Source: Gemmatimonadaceae bacterium | GTDB taxonomy: Bacteria > Gemmatimonadota > Gemmatimonadetes > Gemmatimonadales > Gemmatimonadaceae | NCBI GenBank assembly: GCA_024654005.1 | Contig: JANLGX010000142.1 | Span: forward strand, 1 to 50,927 | DNA: 50,927 nucleotides | Direction of reading: 5' to 3' | In this document: piece after piece, positions 34,717 through 43,888 of the stretch | How the letters are laid out: the number at the start of each line of letters is the position of its first letter | Numbering within the stretch: the stretch's first letter is position 1 | Position numbers and translations under genes: made by a program | Notes under the pieces: generated by a model | Told to the model about the DNA's origin: nothing | The model's database searches: none | What the model saw: the letters and a program-made list of their open reading frames with translations, nothing else

Positions 34717-36333
34717 ATGCCCCGGAAGGACTCCAAAGAGATCATCCTCGACGCAGCGGAGGCGCTGTTCGCCAGCCGCGGCTTCGACGCGACCACGATC
34801 AAGCAGATCGGAACGCGCGCGAAGGTGAACCCCGCGCTGCTGTACTACTACTTCGGCGACAAGAAGGCGCTGTATCGGGCCGTCCTGGCGCGCCTCATCG
34901 GCGGACTGGCCGAGACACTCGGCGGACGACTCCGCGATGCCCGCACTCCTGGGGACGCGATCCACGCCGTCGTAGAAGCCCAGATGGAAGTCCTCGGCGC
35001 GCACCCCGACCTCGCGCGGATCTTCGTCCGCGAGATGGTCGAGCACCGCGGGGAGAACGCGGCCGACCCGATCTCGGATTCGATGACCAGGGTGTTCTCG
35101 CGGCTATGCGGGATCATCGAGCAGGGCCAGCGCGCGGGCTTGTTCCGCAAAGAGCTTGATGCGCGTTTCGCCGCGATCTCGGTGGTCTCGCAGGTGGTGT
35201 ACGTTCACGTCGCCCGCCCGGCCGTCGGGATGCTGCTCGGCGAGGGCCGCAAAGGCGTTTCGGAGAAAACCATGAAGAAGTTTGGGGCGCACGCCGTCGA
35301 GTTCGCGCTGGCCGCGCTCGAGGAGCGGCCGCGCGGACGGGCGCGTGTTGGCCGGCTCAAGCGCGCGAGCGCGCTCCTGCTGCTCCTCGCGGGCGTCGCC
35401 TGCGCGGGCGGCGACGACGGCCGCATCGAGGGCACGGGCACGATAGAAGTCATGGAGATGGACGTCGCATCGCTCATCCCCGCCCGCGTCGCGCGCGTAC
35501 TGGTGGACGAGGGGCAGAGCGTGCGCGCCGGCGACACGCTCGCGCTGCTCTCCCAGGCGGCCACCAGCTCCGAGGTCGAGGTGCGGCGCGGGGCGCTGCA
35601 GCGTGCCGAGGCTGTGCTGCGGGATCTCGAGGCAGGGTCCCGGCCGGCCGAAGTGCGGCAGAGCTCGGCGGAGGTCACGGCCGCTGAAGCCGAAGCGGCG
35701 AGGCTCGCGCGCGACTACTCCCGCGCGCAGGCGCTGTACGACGGGGGCGCGATCTCGCGGCAGGAGCTGGAGGCGGCGCGCACGCAGGCCACCGTCGCGG
35801 CGCAGCGCGCGAGCGCCGCGCGGCAGGGACGACAGCTCGTCGTCGAGGGCATGCGGCCCGAGCGGATACGGGCGGCTCGGGCCGACGTCGCCACCGCGCG
35901 CGCCGCGCTCGACGCCGCCCGCGGCACCGCCGCGGAGCTCGCGCTCACCGCGCCCGTGAGCGGCACGATCATCCGGCGCCTCGCGGACCCCGGTGAAACG
36001 GTGGCTGCGGGCGAGCCGGTCGTCACGCTGGGCAAGACGGATTCGCTGTGGGTCAGGATCTATCTGAGCCCGACGGCTGTGGCGCGCATCCGCGTGGGCG
36101 ACGAGGCGAGAGCGACGCTCGACGACTTCCCTTCGCGCCGCTTCACCGGCAGTGTCGCGGCGATAGCGTCGCGCGCGGAATTCACCCCGCGCGTCGCGCT
36201 CACCGAGCGGGAGCGCGCGGATCTGCTGTTCGGCGTCAAGGTGACGCTCGTGGACGCGACCGGCGCTCTCAAGGCGGGGCTTCCGGTGACTGTTCGCATA
36301 GAGCCAGGCCGTTCCGGCGCGGCCGCGCCGTGA
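34717..36333 (+). CDS. TetR-family HTH domain continuous in frame with a HlyD/YbhG-type membrane-fusion protein (apparent fusion)
   Basis: The N-terminus is TetR-like (ILDAAEALFASRGFDATTIKQIGTRAKVNPALLYYYFGDKKALY). From about 35355 comes a TM/lipobox-like segment (LKRASALLLLLAGVACAG). After that comes MFP-type sequence (..VARVLVDEGQSVRAGDTLALL.., coiled-coil region, ..LTAPVSGTII..). No stop codon separates the two parts. Confidence 0.6.
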   Translation: MPRKDSKEIILDAAEALFASRGFDATTIKQIGTRAKVNPALLYYYFGDKKALYRAVLARLIGGLAETLGGRLRDARTPGDAIHAVVEAQMEVLGAHPDLARIFVREMVEHRGENAADPISDSMTRVFSRLCGIIEQGQRAGLFRKELDARFAAISVVSQVVYVHVARPAVGMLLGEGRKGVSEKTMKKFGAHAVEFALAALEERPRGRARVGRLKRASALLLLLAGVACAGGDDGRIEGTGTIEVMEMDVASLIPARVARVLVDEGQSVRAGDTLALLSQAATSSEVEVRRGALQRAEAVLRDLEAGSRPAEVRQSSAEVTAAEAEAARLARDYSRAQALYDGGAISRQELEAARTQATVAAQRASAARQGRQLVVEGMRPERIRAARADVATARAALDAARGTAAELALTAPVSGTIIRRLADPGETVAAGEPVVTLGKTDSLWVRIYLSPTAVARIRVGDEARATLDDFPSRRFTGSVAAIASRAEFTPRVALTERERADLLFGVKVTLVDATGALKAGLPVTVRIEPGRSGAAAP

Positions 36334-36337
36334 CATC

Positions 36338-37105
36338 GTGAGCACCGCCTTGGATACGGTCGCGACGGAAGTCGCGGTGCAGACGCGCGGGCTGCGCAAG
36401 ACGTTCGGTCCGGTAGTCGCTGTGGAGGGGCTCGACCTCGAGATCCGCCGCGGCGAGGTGTTCGGCGTGCTCGGCCCGAACGGATCCGGGAAGACGACGA
36501 CCATCCGCATGCTGTGCGGGCTGCTCACGCCGAGCGCGGGCGACGCCACGGTCGTCGGCTACGACCTGCGCTCGCAGCAGTCGGAGATCCGCCGGTCGAT
36601 CGGCTACATGTCGCAGCGGTTCGGCCTGTACGACGATCTCACGGTGCGGGAGAACGTCAGATTCTACGCCGCGGTGTACGGGCTGCGCGGCGCGGCGCTG
36701 GACGCGCGCATCGTCGAGCTGTTCGAGCAGCTGGAGCTGACTCCGCGCGCGGAGCAGCTCGCCGGCAAGCTGAGCGGCGGCTGGAAGCAGAAGCTCGGGC
36801 TCGCTTGCGCTACCGCGCACCATCCGAAGATGCTCTTCCTCGACGAGCCGACGGCGGGTGTGGACCCCGCGGCGCGGCGCCGGTTCTGGGAGATCATCTA
36901 CGATCTGGCGCGCGACGGGACGACCGTGCTGGTCACCACGCACTACATGGACGAGGCCGCGCGCTGCCAGCGGCTCGCGTTCCTCTCACGCGGACACCTG
37001 ATAGCGCAGGGGACCGCCGCCGAGATCCCGGCGCAGTTCGGTGAGCGAACCATCGAGGACGTCTTCATCGAACTGCAGCGGCGCGACGAAGGCGAGGCGG
37101 CGTGA
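36338..37105 (+). CDS. ABC transporter ATP-binding protein (ABC-2/YbhF type)
   Basis: Walker A GPNGSGKTT, signature LSGGWKQKL, Walker B MLFLDEPT. Confidence 0.9.
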   Translation: MSTALDTVATEVAVQTRGLRKTFGPVVAVEGLDLEIRRGEVFGVLGPNGSGKTTTIRMLCGLLTPSAGDATVVGYDLRSQQSEIRRSIGYMSQRFGLYDDLTVRENVRFYAAVYGLRGAALDARIVELFEQLELTPRAEQLAGKLSGGWKQKLGLACATAHHPKMLFLDEPTAGVDPAARRRFWEIIYDLARDGTTVLVTTHYMDEAARCQRLAFLSRGHLIAQGTAAEIPAQFGERTIEDVFIELQRRDEGEAA

Positions 37106-38232
37106 GCGTGCTGGCGCGCTTTCGCCGGGCCGGGTTGTGGCCGATGCTGCGGAAGGAGTTCATCCAGCTGCGACGCGACCGGCTGACGCTCGCGATGGTG
37201 GTAGTGCTGCCCGCGGTGCAGCTCCTCCTATTCGGCTACGCCATCCGGACCGAAGTGCGGAACCTGCCGACGGTCGTGCTGGACGAATCGCAGAGCAGCG
37301 AGAGCCGCGCGCTCATCGACGTCATGCGCAACACCGGCAACTTCCGTGTCATCGGGAGCGTGGCGAGCCGAGCGGAGGTGCGCCGCGTGATCGAGCGTGG
37401 GGAAGCGAGCGCGGCGGTGATCATCCCGCCGGATTTTGCCGCCAATCTGAAGCGCGGGCGCAGTGCGACCGCGCAGATAGTGGTGGACGCGGCGGACCCG
37501 ATGGCCGCCTCGGCGGCGATCTCCGGCGCGGCGCTCGCGGGCGCGGCTCGCAGCTCGGCGATTCTCGCGCAGCGTACCGGCGGCCAGCCGCCGCTGGAGG
37601 TTCGTGTCCGGCCGTGGTACAACCCGGGGATGCGCTCCGAGGCGTACATCGTTCCCGGCGTGATCGGCGTGCTGCTGTCCATCACGTCGCTGGTGGTAAT
37701 GAGCCTCGCCGTCGTGCGCGAGCGGGAGCGCGGAACGCTCGAGCAGCTCGTGGTGACTCCGCTGGGCAGGACCAGCCTGCTGCTGGGGAAGGTGCTGCCA
37801 TTCGTCGCGGTCGGGTACGTACAGATGACCGTCGTCCTCGTGCTCGGGAAGCTGGTGTTCGACATCCCCGTCCGCGGGAGCCTGCTGCTGCTGTACCTGA
37901 TTGCCGGCGCTTTCATTACAGCGAACCTGGGGATCGGGCTGCTCATCTCGACGGCGGTGAAGTCGCAGGTCCAGGCCACTCAGCTCGGGTATTTCGTGAT
38001 GCTGCCGAACATCCTGCTGTCGGGGTTCATGTTTCCGCGGGAGTCGATGCCGGAGATCGCGCAGTGGATCGGTCTCGTGCTCCCGCTGACGTACTTCCTG
38101 ACGGTGCTCCGGGGGATTCTGCTGAAGTCGGCGTCGCTGTCCGCCATCTGGCCCGAAACGCTGGCGCTTGTGACCATGGCAACGGTGCTGTTCTCGCTCA
38201 GCGTGCTGCGGTTCCGAAAGACGGTCGAATGA
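37102..38232 (+). CDS. ABC-2-type transporter permease (YbhS/YbhR-like)
   Basis: GTGA overlap with the ATPase gene. N-terminus MLRKEFIQLRRDRLTLAMVVVLP, followed by a large extracytoplasmic loop and five C-terminal TM helices. Confidence 0.85.
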   Translation: MSVLARFRRAGLWPMLRKEFIQLRRDRLTLAMVVVLPAVQLLLFGYAIRTEVRNLPTVVLDESQSSESRALIDVMRNTGNFRVIGSVASRAEVRRVIERGEASAAVIIPPDFAANLKRGRSATAQIVVDAADPMAASAAISGAALAGAARSSAILAQRTGGQPPLEVRVRPWYNPGMRSEAYIVPGVIGVLLSITSLVVMSLAVVRERERGTLEQLVVTPLGRTSLLLGKVLPFVAVGYVQMTVVLVLGKLVFDIPVRGSLLLLYLIAGAFITANLGIGLLISTAVKSQVQATQLGYFVMLPNILLSGFMFPRESMPEIAQWIGLVLPLTYFLTVLRGILLKSASLSAIWPETLALVTMATVLFSLSVLRFRKTVE

Positions 38233-38241
38233 ACTCGGCAC

Positions 38242-38505
38242 GTGGGTTCCGACCCCACCACGGTGTACCTGAGCGAGCTGACGGCCGCGGCGGAGCGGAT
38301 CGACCCCGTAGCGGACGAGGGCGACGATCCGGTGCCTGAGGCCGAGGCGAGCCGGCGCGATATCGCGGCGGCTCATGGCACGACGGCCTGGGCATCCGCG
38401 CCCGTGTTCATCCCCGCCCCGGTACTCAAGCCGGAGTTCATTCCTGCCCCGGCATTCAAGCCGGAGTTTATACCCGCGACGGAGTTCCGATCCGGCGATA
38501 CCTAG
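38242..38505 (+). CDS. Hypothetical small protein with a C-terminal KPEFIPAP-type repeat
   Basis: GTG start 10 nt after the permease stop. GC3 is fairly high. The C-terminus is encoded by the 30-bp tandem repeat. No recognisable family. Confidence 0.35.
   Translation: MGSDPTTVYLSELTAAAERIDPVADEGDDPVPEAEASRRDIAAAHGTTAWASAPVFIPAPVLKPEFIPAPAFKPEFIPATEFRSGDT
38404..38493. repeat. Three tandem ~30-bp repeat units
   Basis: GTGTTCATCCCCGCCCCGGTACTCAAGCCG / GAGTTCATTCCTGCCCCGGCATTCAAGCCG / GAGTTTATACCCGCGACGGAGTTCCGATCC. Confidence 0.7.
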
Positions 38506-38565
38506 CCGGGGGCCCAAGCTCCATGTGGGACTATTCCTCGGCAGCGTTCTCGGGGCCTGGATACG

Positions 38566-38594
38566 TTGACATAAGTTCCCGCCCCGTCTAACTT
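38566..38594 (+). promoter_or_regulatory. Sigma-70-like promoter upstream of rpsL
   Basis: TTGACA (38566-38571), a 17-nt spacer, then TAACTT (38589-38594), about 125 nt upstream of the rpsL ATG. Confidence 0.5.
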
Positions 38595-38719
38595 TATCAG
38601 TCTCTGTCGCCCCAGCCGGCAACGGCGGGGCGCCTTTTGTGTCCTGGAGTTTCTGTACCGTGGCAAGGGCTGACCGGTTCAGCAAAGAGCCAACAGCCAA
38701 TAGCCAATAGCCGCATTTA

Positions 38720-39112
38720 ATGCCCACTATCAATCAGCTCGTCCGGCAGAGCCGCCGCGACGTAGAGAAAAAAGAGAAAGCGCCCGCGCTCAAGGCGAAC
38801 CCGCAGAAGCGCGGCGTGTGCACGCGCGTGTACACCACGACCCCGAAGAAGCCGAACTCGGCGCTGCGCAAAGTCGCGCGCGTCCGGCTCACCAACGGCT
38901 TCGAGGTGACCGCGTACATCCCGGGTGAAGGCCACAATCTGCAGGAGCACTCGATCGTGCTCATCCGCGGCGGCCGCGTGAAGGATCTGCCGGGCGTGCG
39001 GTATCACATCGTGCGCGGCTCGCTCGACGCGTCGGGCGTCACCGGCCGGAACAAGAGCCGCTCGAAATACGGAACGAAAAAGCCCAAGGGCGCAGCCGGA
39101 GGAAAGAAGTAA
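38720..39112 (+). CDS. rpsL: 30S ribosomal protein S12
   Basis: [10 protein letters not shown]...[37 protein letters not shown]. Confidence 0.98.
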   Translation: MPTINQLVRQSRRDVEKKEKAPALKANPQKRGVCTRVYTTTPKKPNSALRKVARVRLTNGFEVTAYIPGEGHNLQEHSIVLIRGGRVKDLPGVRYHIVRGSLDASGVTGRNKSRSKYGTKKPKGAAGGKK

Positions 39113-39583
39113 ATGAGTCGCCGGAAAAGCTCGGTGAAGCGCACCATCCTGCCCGATTCCCGCTACGACAGTCAGACGGTCTCGAAGTTCATCAACTCGC
39201 TGATGTACGACGGCAAGAAGTCCACGGCCGAGCGCATCTTCTACAAGGCCATGGACCTCGTGGAGACGCGCACCAGCCAGACGGGCGTGACGGTGTTCAA
39301 GCAGGCGCTAACGAACATCAAGCCGGTCGTCGAGGTGAAGAGCCGCCGCGTCGGCGGCGCGACGTATCAGGTGCCGGTGGAAGTCCGCCCCGACCGCCGC
39401 ACGGCGCTCGCGATGCGCTGGCTGATCTCGTTCTCGCGCGACCGCAACGAGAAGTCGATGGCGGAGAAGCTCGCCACCGAAGTCGTCGCGGCGTCGAAGG
39501 GAGAAGGCAACGCGGTGAAGAAGAAGGAAGACACCCACCGCATGGCCGAAGCCAACAAGGCGTTCGCGCACTACCGCTGGTAA
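39113..39583 (+). CDS. rpsG: 30S ribosomal protein S7
   Basis: [20 protein letters not shown]..., ..[21 protein letters not shown].., ends ..AFAHYRW. Confidence 0.98.
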   Translation: MSRRKSSVKRTILPDSRYDSQTVSKFINSLMYDGKKSTAERIFYKAMDLVETRTSQTGVTVFKQALTNIKPVVEVKSRRVGGATYQVPVEVRPDRRTALAMRWLISFSRDRNEKSMAEKLATEVVAASKGEGNAVKKKEDTHRMAEANKAFAHYRW

Positions 39584-39603
39584 GCTGAAAACCGCGCGAA
39601 ATG

Positions 39604-39640
39604 AAAAAGGCGGTCCGGTGATCCGGACCGCCTTTGCTTT
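39604..39640. terminator. Bidirectional rho-independent terminator between rpsG (+) and the sensor kinase gene (-)
   Basis: AAAAA-GGCGGTCCGG-TGAT-CCGGACCGCC-TTTGCTTTG has a 10-bp perfect stem, with an A-run on one side and a T-run on the other. Confidence 0.85.
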
Positions 39641-39651
39641 GCGCGGGTAGA

Positions 39652-41883
39652 TCAGCCCGCGGTGTGAGCCGGACCGTTTCCTTCGATTGCTTTGCGTACC
39701 GCGGCGAGCAGGGTCTCGCTCGTGAATGGCTTCTCCAGAAACGCGAGCGAGCCGTTCTCTTCGCCGCCGCGGCTCATCATGTCGAGCCCGCCGTAACCCG
39801 ACATCAGGAGAAACGCCGTGTTCGGGCGAATCTCGCGAAGCCGCCCTGCCAGCTCTGCGACGCGCAGCCCGGGCATCATCATGTCGCTCACCACTACCTG
39901 GATCGCGTCCGGATAAACCTCGGCCAGCCGGAGCGCGTCATTTCCGTCCTTCGCCTCCAGCACCGTGTAACCGCGCTTCGCCAGGATACGCCGCGTCACC
40001 TCGCGGGTCTGCGCGTCGTCTTCGGCCAGTAGAATCGTCTCCCGCACCGGCGAGTCGTCGCGCAGCAGCGAGATGTCGTACGATTCGCTGACCTCGCCGG
40101 ACACTTCCGGCAGGTAGATCTTGAACGTGGCGCCGTGGCCGAGCTCGCTGTATGCCCGGATGTGGCCGCCGGATTGCGTCACGATCCCGTGCACGGTGGC
40201 GAGCCCGAGTCCGGTGCCCTTTCCGACTTCCTTCGTCGTGAAGAAAGGATCGAAGATGCGCACCATCGTGTCGCGATCCATCCCAGCGCCGGTATCCGTC
40301 ACGATGAGGCTGGCGTAACGGCCGGGCTTGACCGGTGTGTCCTTCAGCGAGAAGGTCTCGTCCAGCCGGGTGCGCTGCGTACGAATCGTGAGCGTGCCTC
40401 CGTCCGGCATCGCGTCGGCGGCGTTGATGGTGAGGTTCAGCAGCACCTGCTCGAGCTGGCCCTGGTCCACGAGCACCAGGCCCAGGTCCTCGTCCAGCGT
40501 AGTGACGAGCTCGATGTTGCTCGGCACGACGCGCCGGAGCATGTTCTCCGTTCCCGAGATCACCTCGTTCACGTCCAGCATCTTGGGACTCACGACCTGC
40601 TTCCGGCTGAACGCCAGCAGCTGTCCCGTGAGCGCGGCGGCCCGATCGGTGGCGCAGAGGATCTCGCCGACGTCGGCCGCGACGGGGCTGTCCCACGACA
40701 ATTCCTCGCGCACGAACTCGGCGTAATTACGAATGACCGTGAGGATGTTGTTGAAGTCGTGGGCGATTCCGCCCGCGAGGCGTCCGACCGCCTCGAGCTT
40801 CTGCGCCTGGCGCAGCTTGCCCTCCAGTTCCTGATGCTCCTCGACGCGAACAGTCATCCGATCGAACGCGTTGCTGAGCCGGTCGAGCTCGTCGCGTGAG
40901 CCGTCGTCGCCCCTCGCACCGGTCGACTCCTCGGGCACAATGTGCTCGACCTGGTCGGTGAGAGTGACGATCCGGTGGGTCACGCGGTGGCTCACGATCC
41001 AGACGAGCAGCGCTCCGACGATCGCCACCAGCGCGCCGATCGGAACCGTGCGCCACACGAAATCGTGCACCGGCGCCAGCACGAGTCGTTTCGGCTGTTG
41101 CATCCACATCTCCCACGGCGTGCCCGGTATGGTTCTTCCCGCCCCGATGCCGGGGCCGTAAGCCGATCGCTCGAATTCCCTGGGCTGGCCATCGGCCGAC
41201 GCGCGCGGAGGCGCGGGCATGATCCGCTCGAGGTCGGTCCACACCCCGGCGTCCCGTTGCCCCAGCAGCATCGTCACGCTGTCGCCGACGAGTCCGCGAA
41301 TCGTCGACTGGGATTCGACCAGCGCGCGCGTGTCAGCGATGTATCCTATCGGCGCGCGGCTCGACCGCCGGAGCTCGTGTACGGGCAGCAACAGCTCGTA
41401 CACGGGGATGCCGTTCACGTCGAGGATCGGACTGATCGTCATCTCACGCGGGGCGGCGTTGCCGCGTGCTACCACCGAGTCGGCCCACGCCGGCCACCCT
41501 GGAGCGGGCTGCCAGGGACGGTCGAGCACGGTGGCTCCGCGCGCATCGAGCAGCCGTGCGCGCCAGCGACCCCGGCTCCGCGCAGGATTCGATCGATCCA
41601 GCGCGGCCACGGCCGCCGCCTCCCCTTCGCCCGTTTTCAGGAAGCTGACGACCGAGGGATCGTCCGCGATCGAGTCCAGCTGGGCCCGCCAGCGGGGCGG
41701 GGTCTGCGCGACGAGGTTGGAGACGAGCTCGGCCCCGGTCGTTAGACGCTGACCGGCATTCGCGTACAGGTGATCGCCGAACTGCCAGTAGCCTGCCCAC
41801 GCGAAGATCCCAACCGTCGCCAGCACCAGCGCCGACATCAGCAGCGGCAACTTCCGGTCTAGCGGTTGGAGCTTCTTGATCAC
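39652..41883 (-). CDS. Hybrid sensor histidine kinase / response regulator with a periplasmic sensor domain
   Basis: GTG start. Two TM helices flank a ~260-aa extracytoplasmic region. The HisKA H-box is [12 protein letters not shown]. The HATPase has N, G1 and G2 boxes (..[11 protein letters not shown].., [14 protein letters not shown]). The C-terminal receiver has ILLAEDD...VVSDMMMPG. Confidence 0.9.
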   Translation of the reverse strand: MIKKLQPLDRKLPLLMSALVLATVGIFAWAGYWQFGDHLYANAGQRLTTGAELVSNLVAQTPPRWRAQLDSIADDPSVVSFLKTGEGEAAAVAALDRSNPARSRGRWRARLLDARGATVLDRPWQPAPGWPAWADSVVARGNAAPREMTISPILDVNGIPVYELLLPVHELRRSSRAPIGYIADTRALVESQSTIRGLVGDSVTMLLGQRDAGVWTDLERIMPAPPRASADGQPREFERSAYGPGIGAGRTIPGTPWEMWMQQPKRLVLAPVHDFVWRTVPIGALVAIVGALLVWIVSHRVTHRIVTLTDQVEHIVPEESTGARGDDGSRDELDRLSNAFDRMTVRVEEHQELEGKLRQAQKLEAVGRLAGGIAHDFNNILTVIRNYAEFVREELSWDSPVAADVGEILCATDRAAALTGQLLAFSRKQVVSPKMLDVNEVISGTENMLRRVVPSNIELVTTLDEDLGLVLVDQGQLEQVLLNLTINAADAMPDGGTLTIRTQRTRLDETFSLKDTPVKPGRYASLIVTDTGAGMDRDTMVRIFDPFFTTKEVGKGTGLGLATVHGIVTQSGGHIRAYSELGHGATFKIYLPEVSGEVSESYDISLLRDDSPVRETILLAEDDAQTREVTRRILAKRGYTVLEAKDGNDALRLAEVYPDAIQVVVSDMMMPGLRVAELAGRLREIRPNTAFLLMSGYGGLDMMSRGGEENGSLAFLEKPFTSETLLAAVRKAIEGNGPAHTAG

Positions 41884-42009
41884 ATTGGCGGTGGTTGGGC
41901 CGAGACGCCGTGGAATGTCCAGCTCCTACGTTTCTTTCATCTGACGCGCAGGGTACGTAAATCGTTTCATGCTGGCGATTTGCGACACTACTACTGGTAG
42001 TAGTCCAAC

Positions 42010-42044
42010 AAAAAAGCCCCGCCCAAATTGGGCGGGGCTTTTTT
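42010..42044. terminator. Bidirectional rho-independent terminator downstream of the OmpA-family gene
   Basis: AAAAAA-GCCCCGCCC-AAATT-GGGCGGGGC-TTTTTT. Confidence 0.85.
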
Positions 42045-42063
42045 GGATTGAGCGGGTCAGTCT

Positions 42064-42741
42064 TTATGGATTCTCCCGCAGAATCCGCTGCCGATATTCC
42101 TCGCTCGCGTAGATGGCTACTTCCACGCGCCGGTTCTGCTGGCGTCCCGCTTCCGTCGAATTCGCAGCGATCGGCTCGGTCTCGCCGCGCCCCAGCGCCG
42201 TGATGCGGCTGGTCGCGATGCCCTTGGACTGCAAATACGCCGAAGCCGCCGTCGCGCGCCGCTGCGACAGCGCCAAGTTGTACGAGTCGGTTCCGACGCT
42301 GTCGGTGTGACCGACGATCGTCAGGGACGAGTTGGGGTACCGCTGCAGGCTGAGCGCCAGCTCGTCGAGATTCGCGCGGCCGGCGGGGAGGATCTGGTCG
42401 GAATCGAACGGGTACAGGATGCCCGATGCGAACGACACCGCGATCCCCTCACCGATGCGCGTGACGGTCGCGCCTTCGATTCTGTCGCCGAGCTCCTTGG
42501 CCTGCTGATCCATCTGATGACCGATCACCGCTCCGGCAGCTCCGCCGAGCACCGCGCCGATGATGGCGCCGCGCGCGGTGGAACCGGTCTGGTTGCCGAT
42601 CACTCCGCCGATGACGGCGCCGGTGCCGGCTCCGATGACCGCCCCGCGGTCGCGCTGGCTCATCGAGCTGCACGCGCTGGCCGCGAGTGATACTACTATC
42701 AAGCCACTGAGTAGCTGTGTTCTTCCGATTCTATTGGACAT
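42064..42741 (-). CDS. OmpA-family lipoprotein with an N-terminal glycine-zipper region (YiaD-like)
   Basis: Lipobox VSLAASAC. Gly-zipper GAVIGAGTGAVIGGVIG...GAIIGAVLGGAAGAVIG. OmpA_C motif TIVGHTDSVGTDSYNLALSQRRA...NRRVEV. Confidence 0.85.
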   Translation of the reverse strand: MSNRIGRTQLLSGLIVVSLAASACSSMSQRDRGAVIGAGTGAVIGGVIGNQTGSTARGAIIGAVLGGAAGAVIGHQMDQQAKELGDRIEGATVTRIGEGIAVSFASGILYPFDSDQILPAGRANLDELALSLQRYPNSSLTIVGHTDSVGTDSYNLALSQRRATAASAYLQSKGIATSRITALGRGETEPIAANSTEAGRQQNRRVEVAIYASEEYRQRILRENP

Positions 42742-42782
42742 GGTCGACTTCCCGGCTGAATGTGTCTTCCAGGACTATCAAG

Positions 42783-43508
42783 ATGGGTGCCATGGATGAC
42801 CCAGCGAGCCGGGAACATTTAGTTCTTTTTGCGCGGCGAATTGCGTTGTTCGCTTGCGTCCCGGTCGCCATGCTCGGCTGCGCGGAGGACCACGTTGCCC
42901 CCGCGGGGACGCCGGCGGTCGTGGCGGAAGCGCCGATCGTGGACATGTCGCCCTCGGCTCAGCGACCCATACTGCCGGCGGAAACCCCGTTGCTTGCCGC
43001 CGAGCCCGCGGCCGGTCCAGCGCCGAGGACAGTCCCGGCGCGCGGCGCGGCCGTCGTCAGCAGCGGCGACGTTGCCGCGCTGCGCTCGCGGCAACTGCTG
43101 GTGCCGGTCGCCGGCGTGCGGCCGGCGAATCTCGTCGGCAGCTTCGCCGATGCTCGCGGGGGACGCGCGCACGAGGCGCTCGACATTGCGGCCCCGCGGG
43201 GAACGCCCGTCCTCGCGGCCGACGACGGAACGGTGCTGAAGCTGTTCACGAGCGGTGCGGGAGGGCTTACGATCTATCTCGCCGATCCCACCAGGAAGTT
43301 CATCTACTACTATGCGCACCTGCACGCGTACGCGCCCGCGCTGCGGGAAGGACAGGCCGTCGCGAAGGGGCAGCAAATCGCGACCGTGGGCACGAGCGGC
43401 AACGCTCCGCCGAACACGCCGCACCTCCACTTCGCCATCCTGCGGACCGACGACATGACGAAGTGGTGGACAGGCACGCCGCTCGATCCCTACGCGATTC
43501 TGAGGTAG
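42783..43508 (+). CDS. M23-family metallopeptidase lipoprotein
   Basis: Lipobox VAMLGCAE. HEALDIAAPRGTPV.. and ..YYAHL.., ..GTSGNAPPNTPHLHFAI are the M23 HxxxD / HxH motifs. The ATG at 42783 avoids overlap with the divergent OmpA gene. Confidence 0.85.
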   Translation: MGAMDDPASREHLVLFARRIALFACVPVAMLGCAEDHVAPAGTPAVVAEAPIVDMSPSAQRPILPAETPLLAAEPAAGPAPRTVPARGAAVVSSGDVAALRSRQLLVPVAGVRPANLVGSFADARGGRAHEALDIAAPRGTPVLAADDGTVLKLFTSGAGGLTIYLADPTRKFIYYYAHLHAYAPALREGQAVAKGQQIATVGTSGNAPPNTPHLHFAILRTDDMTKWWTGTPLDPYAILR

Positions 43509-43521
43509 TACTCCCGGGAGG

Positions 43522-43863
43522 CTAGCTCCCTTTGCGCTTGGCGCTCGACTGGCGCTCGGCGCGTGTTCGCGGAGTGTCGGGCCCGTGGCCGTGCCGGTCC
43601 TTGTCCCGCGACAGGCGCGTCTTCTCGCTCAGCTTCTCGGCGTCGTCGTGCTGCTGGCGGTCGGCGAACAGCCGGTCCTTGCCGGGCGTGTCGTGCTCGC
43701 GGATATCCTCGGGGTCGTACCGGGGTCCCGTATCTACCGAGGCCGATCCACTTTGCTGCACATGCTGCTTGCGGAGAAATTCGATCGTCTTCCGCCCATG
43801 CTGCCCCTCGGCGTGCTGCTGAGCGGGCGCCTGATGTCCATCGTTCCGCTTGTTCTTGCTCAT
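43522..43863 (-). CDS. Small, highly charged hydrophilic protein of unknown function
   Basis: GGAG lies 9 nt upstream of the ATG. GC3 is strong. Composition is His/Gln/Asp/Arg/Lys-rich with no hydrophobic segment. It sits 25 nt downstream of the L,D-transpeptidase gene. Confidence 0.55.
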   Translation of the reverse strand: MSKNKRNDGHQAPAQQHAEGQHGRKTIEFLRKQHVQQSGSASVDTGPRYDPEDIREHDTPGKDRLFADRQQHDDAEKLSEKTRLSRDKDRHGHGPDTPRTRAERQSSAKRKGS

Positions 43864-43888
43864 CGAGTCAGCTCCGGATGCGCGTTTG

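Noticed and set aside
35104-36549. Long antisense or alternative-frame ORFs, for example 35104..36549(-), 37228..38733(-), 12568..13563(-), 5102..6253(-), 5958..7202(-), 48638..49750(-) and 17252..17992(+).
   Set aside because: All lie opposite or out of frame to genes with clear family signatures. Their translations are Arg/Ala/Pro/Gly-rich and low-complexity, typical of GC-rich shadow ORFs. None shows a motif.
41989-42005. The short inverted repeat ACTACTAC-TG-GTAGTAGT upstream of the sensor-kinase gene as an operator.
   Set aside because: It is a single 7-bp stem in an AT-richer promoter region. No second copy or associated regulator supports a call.
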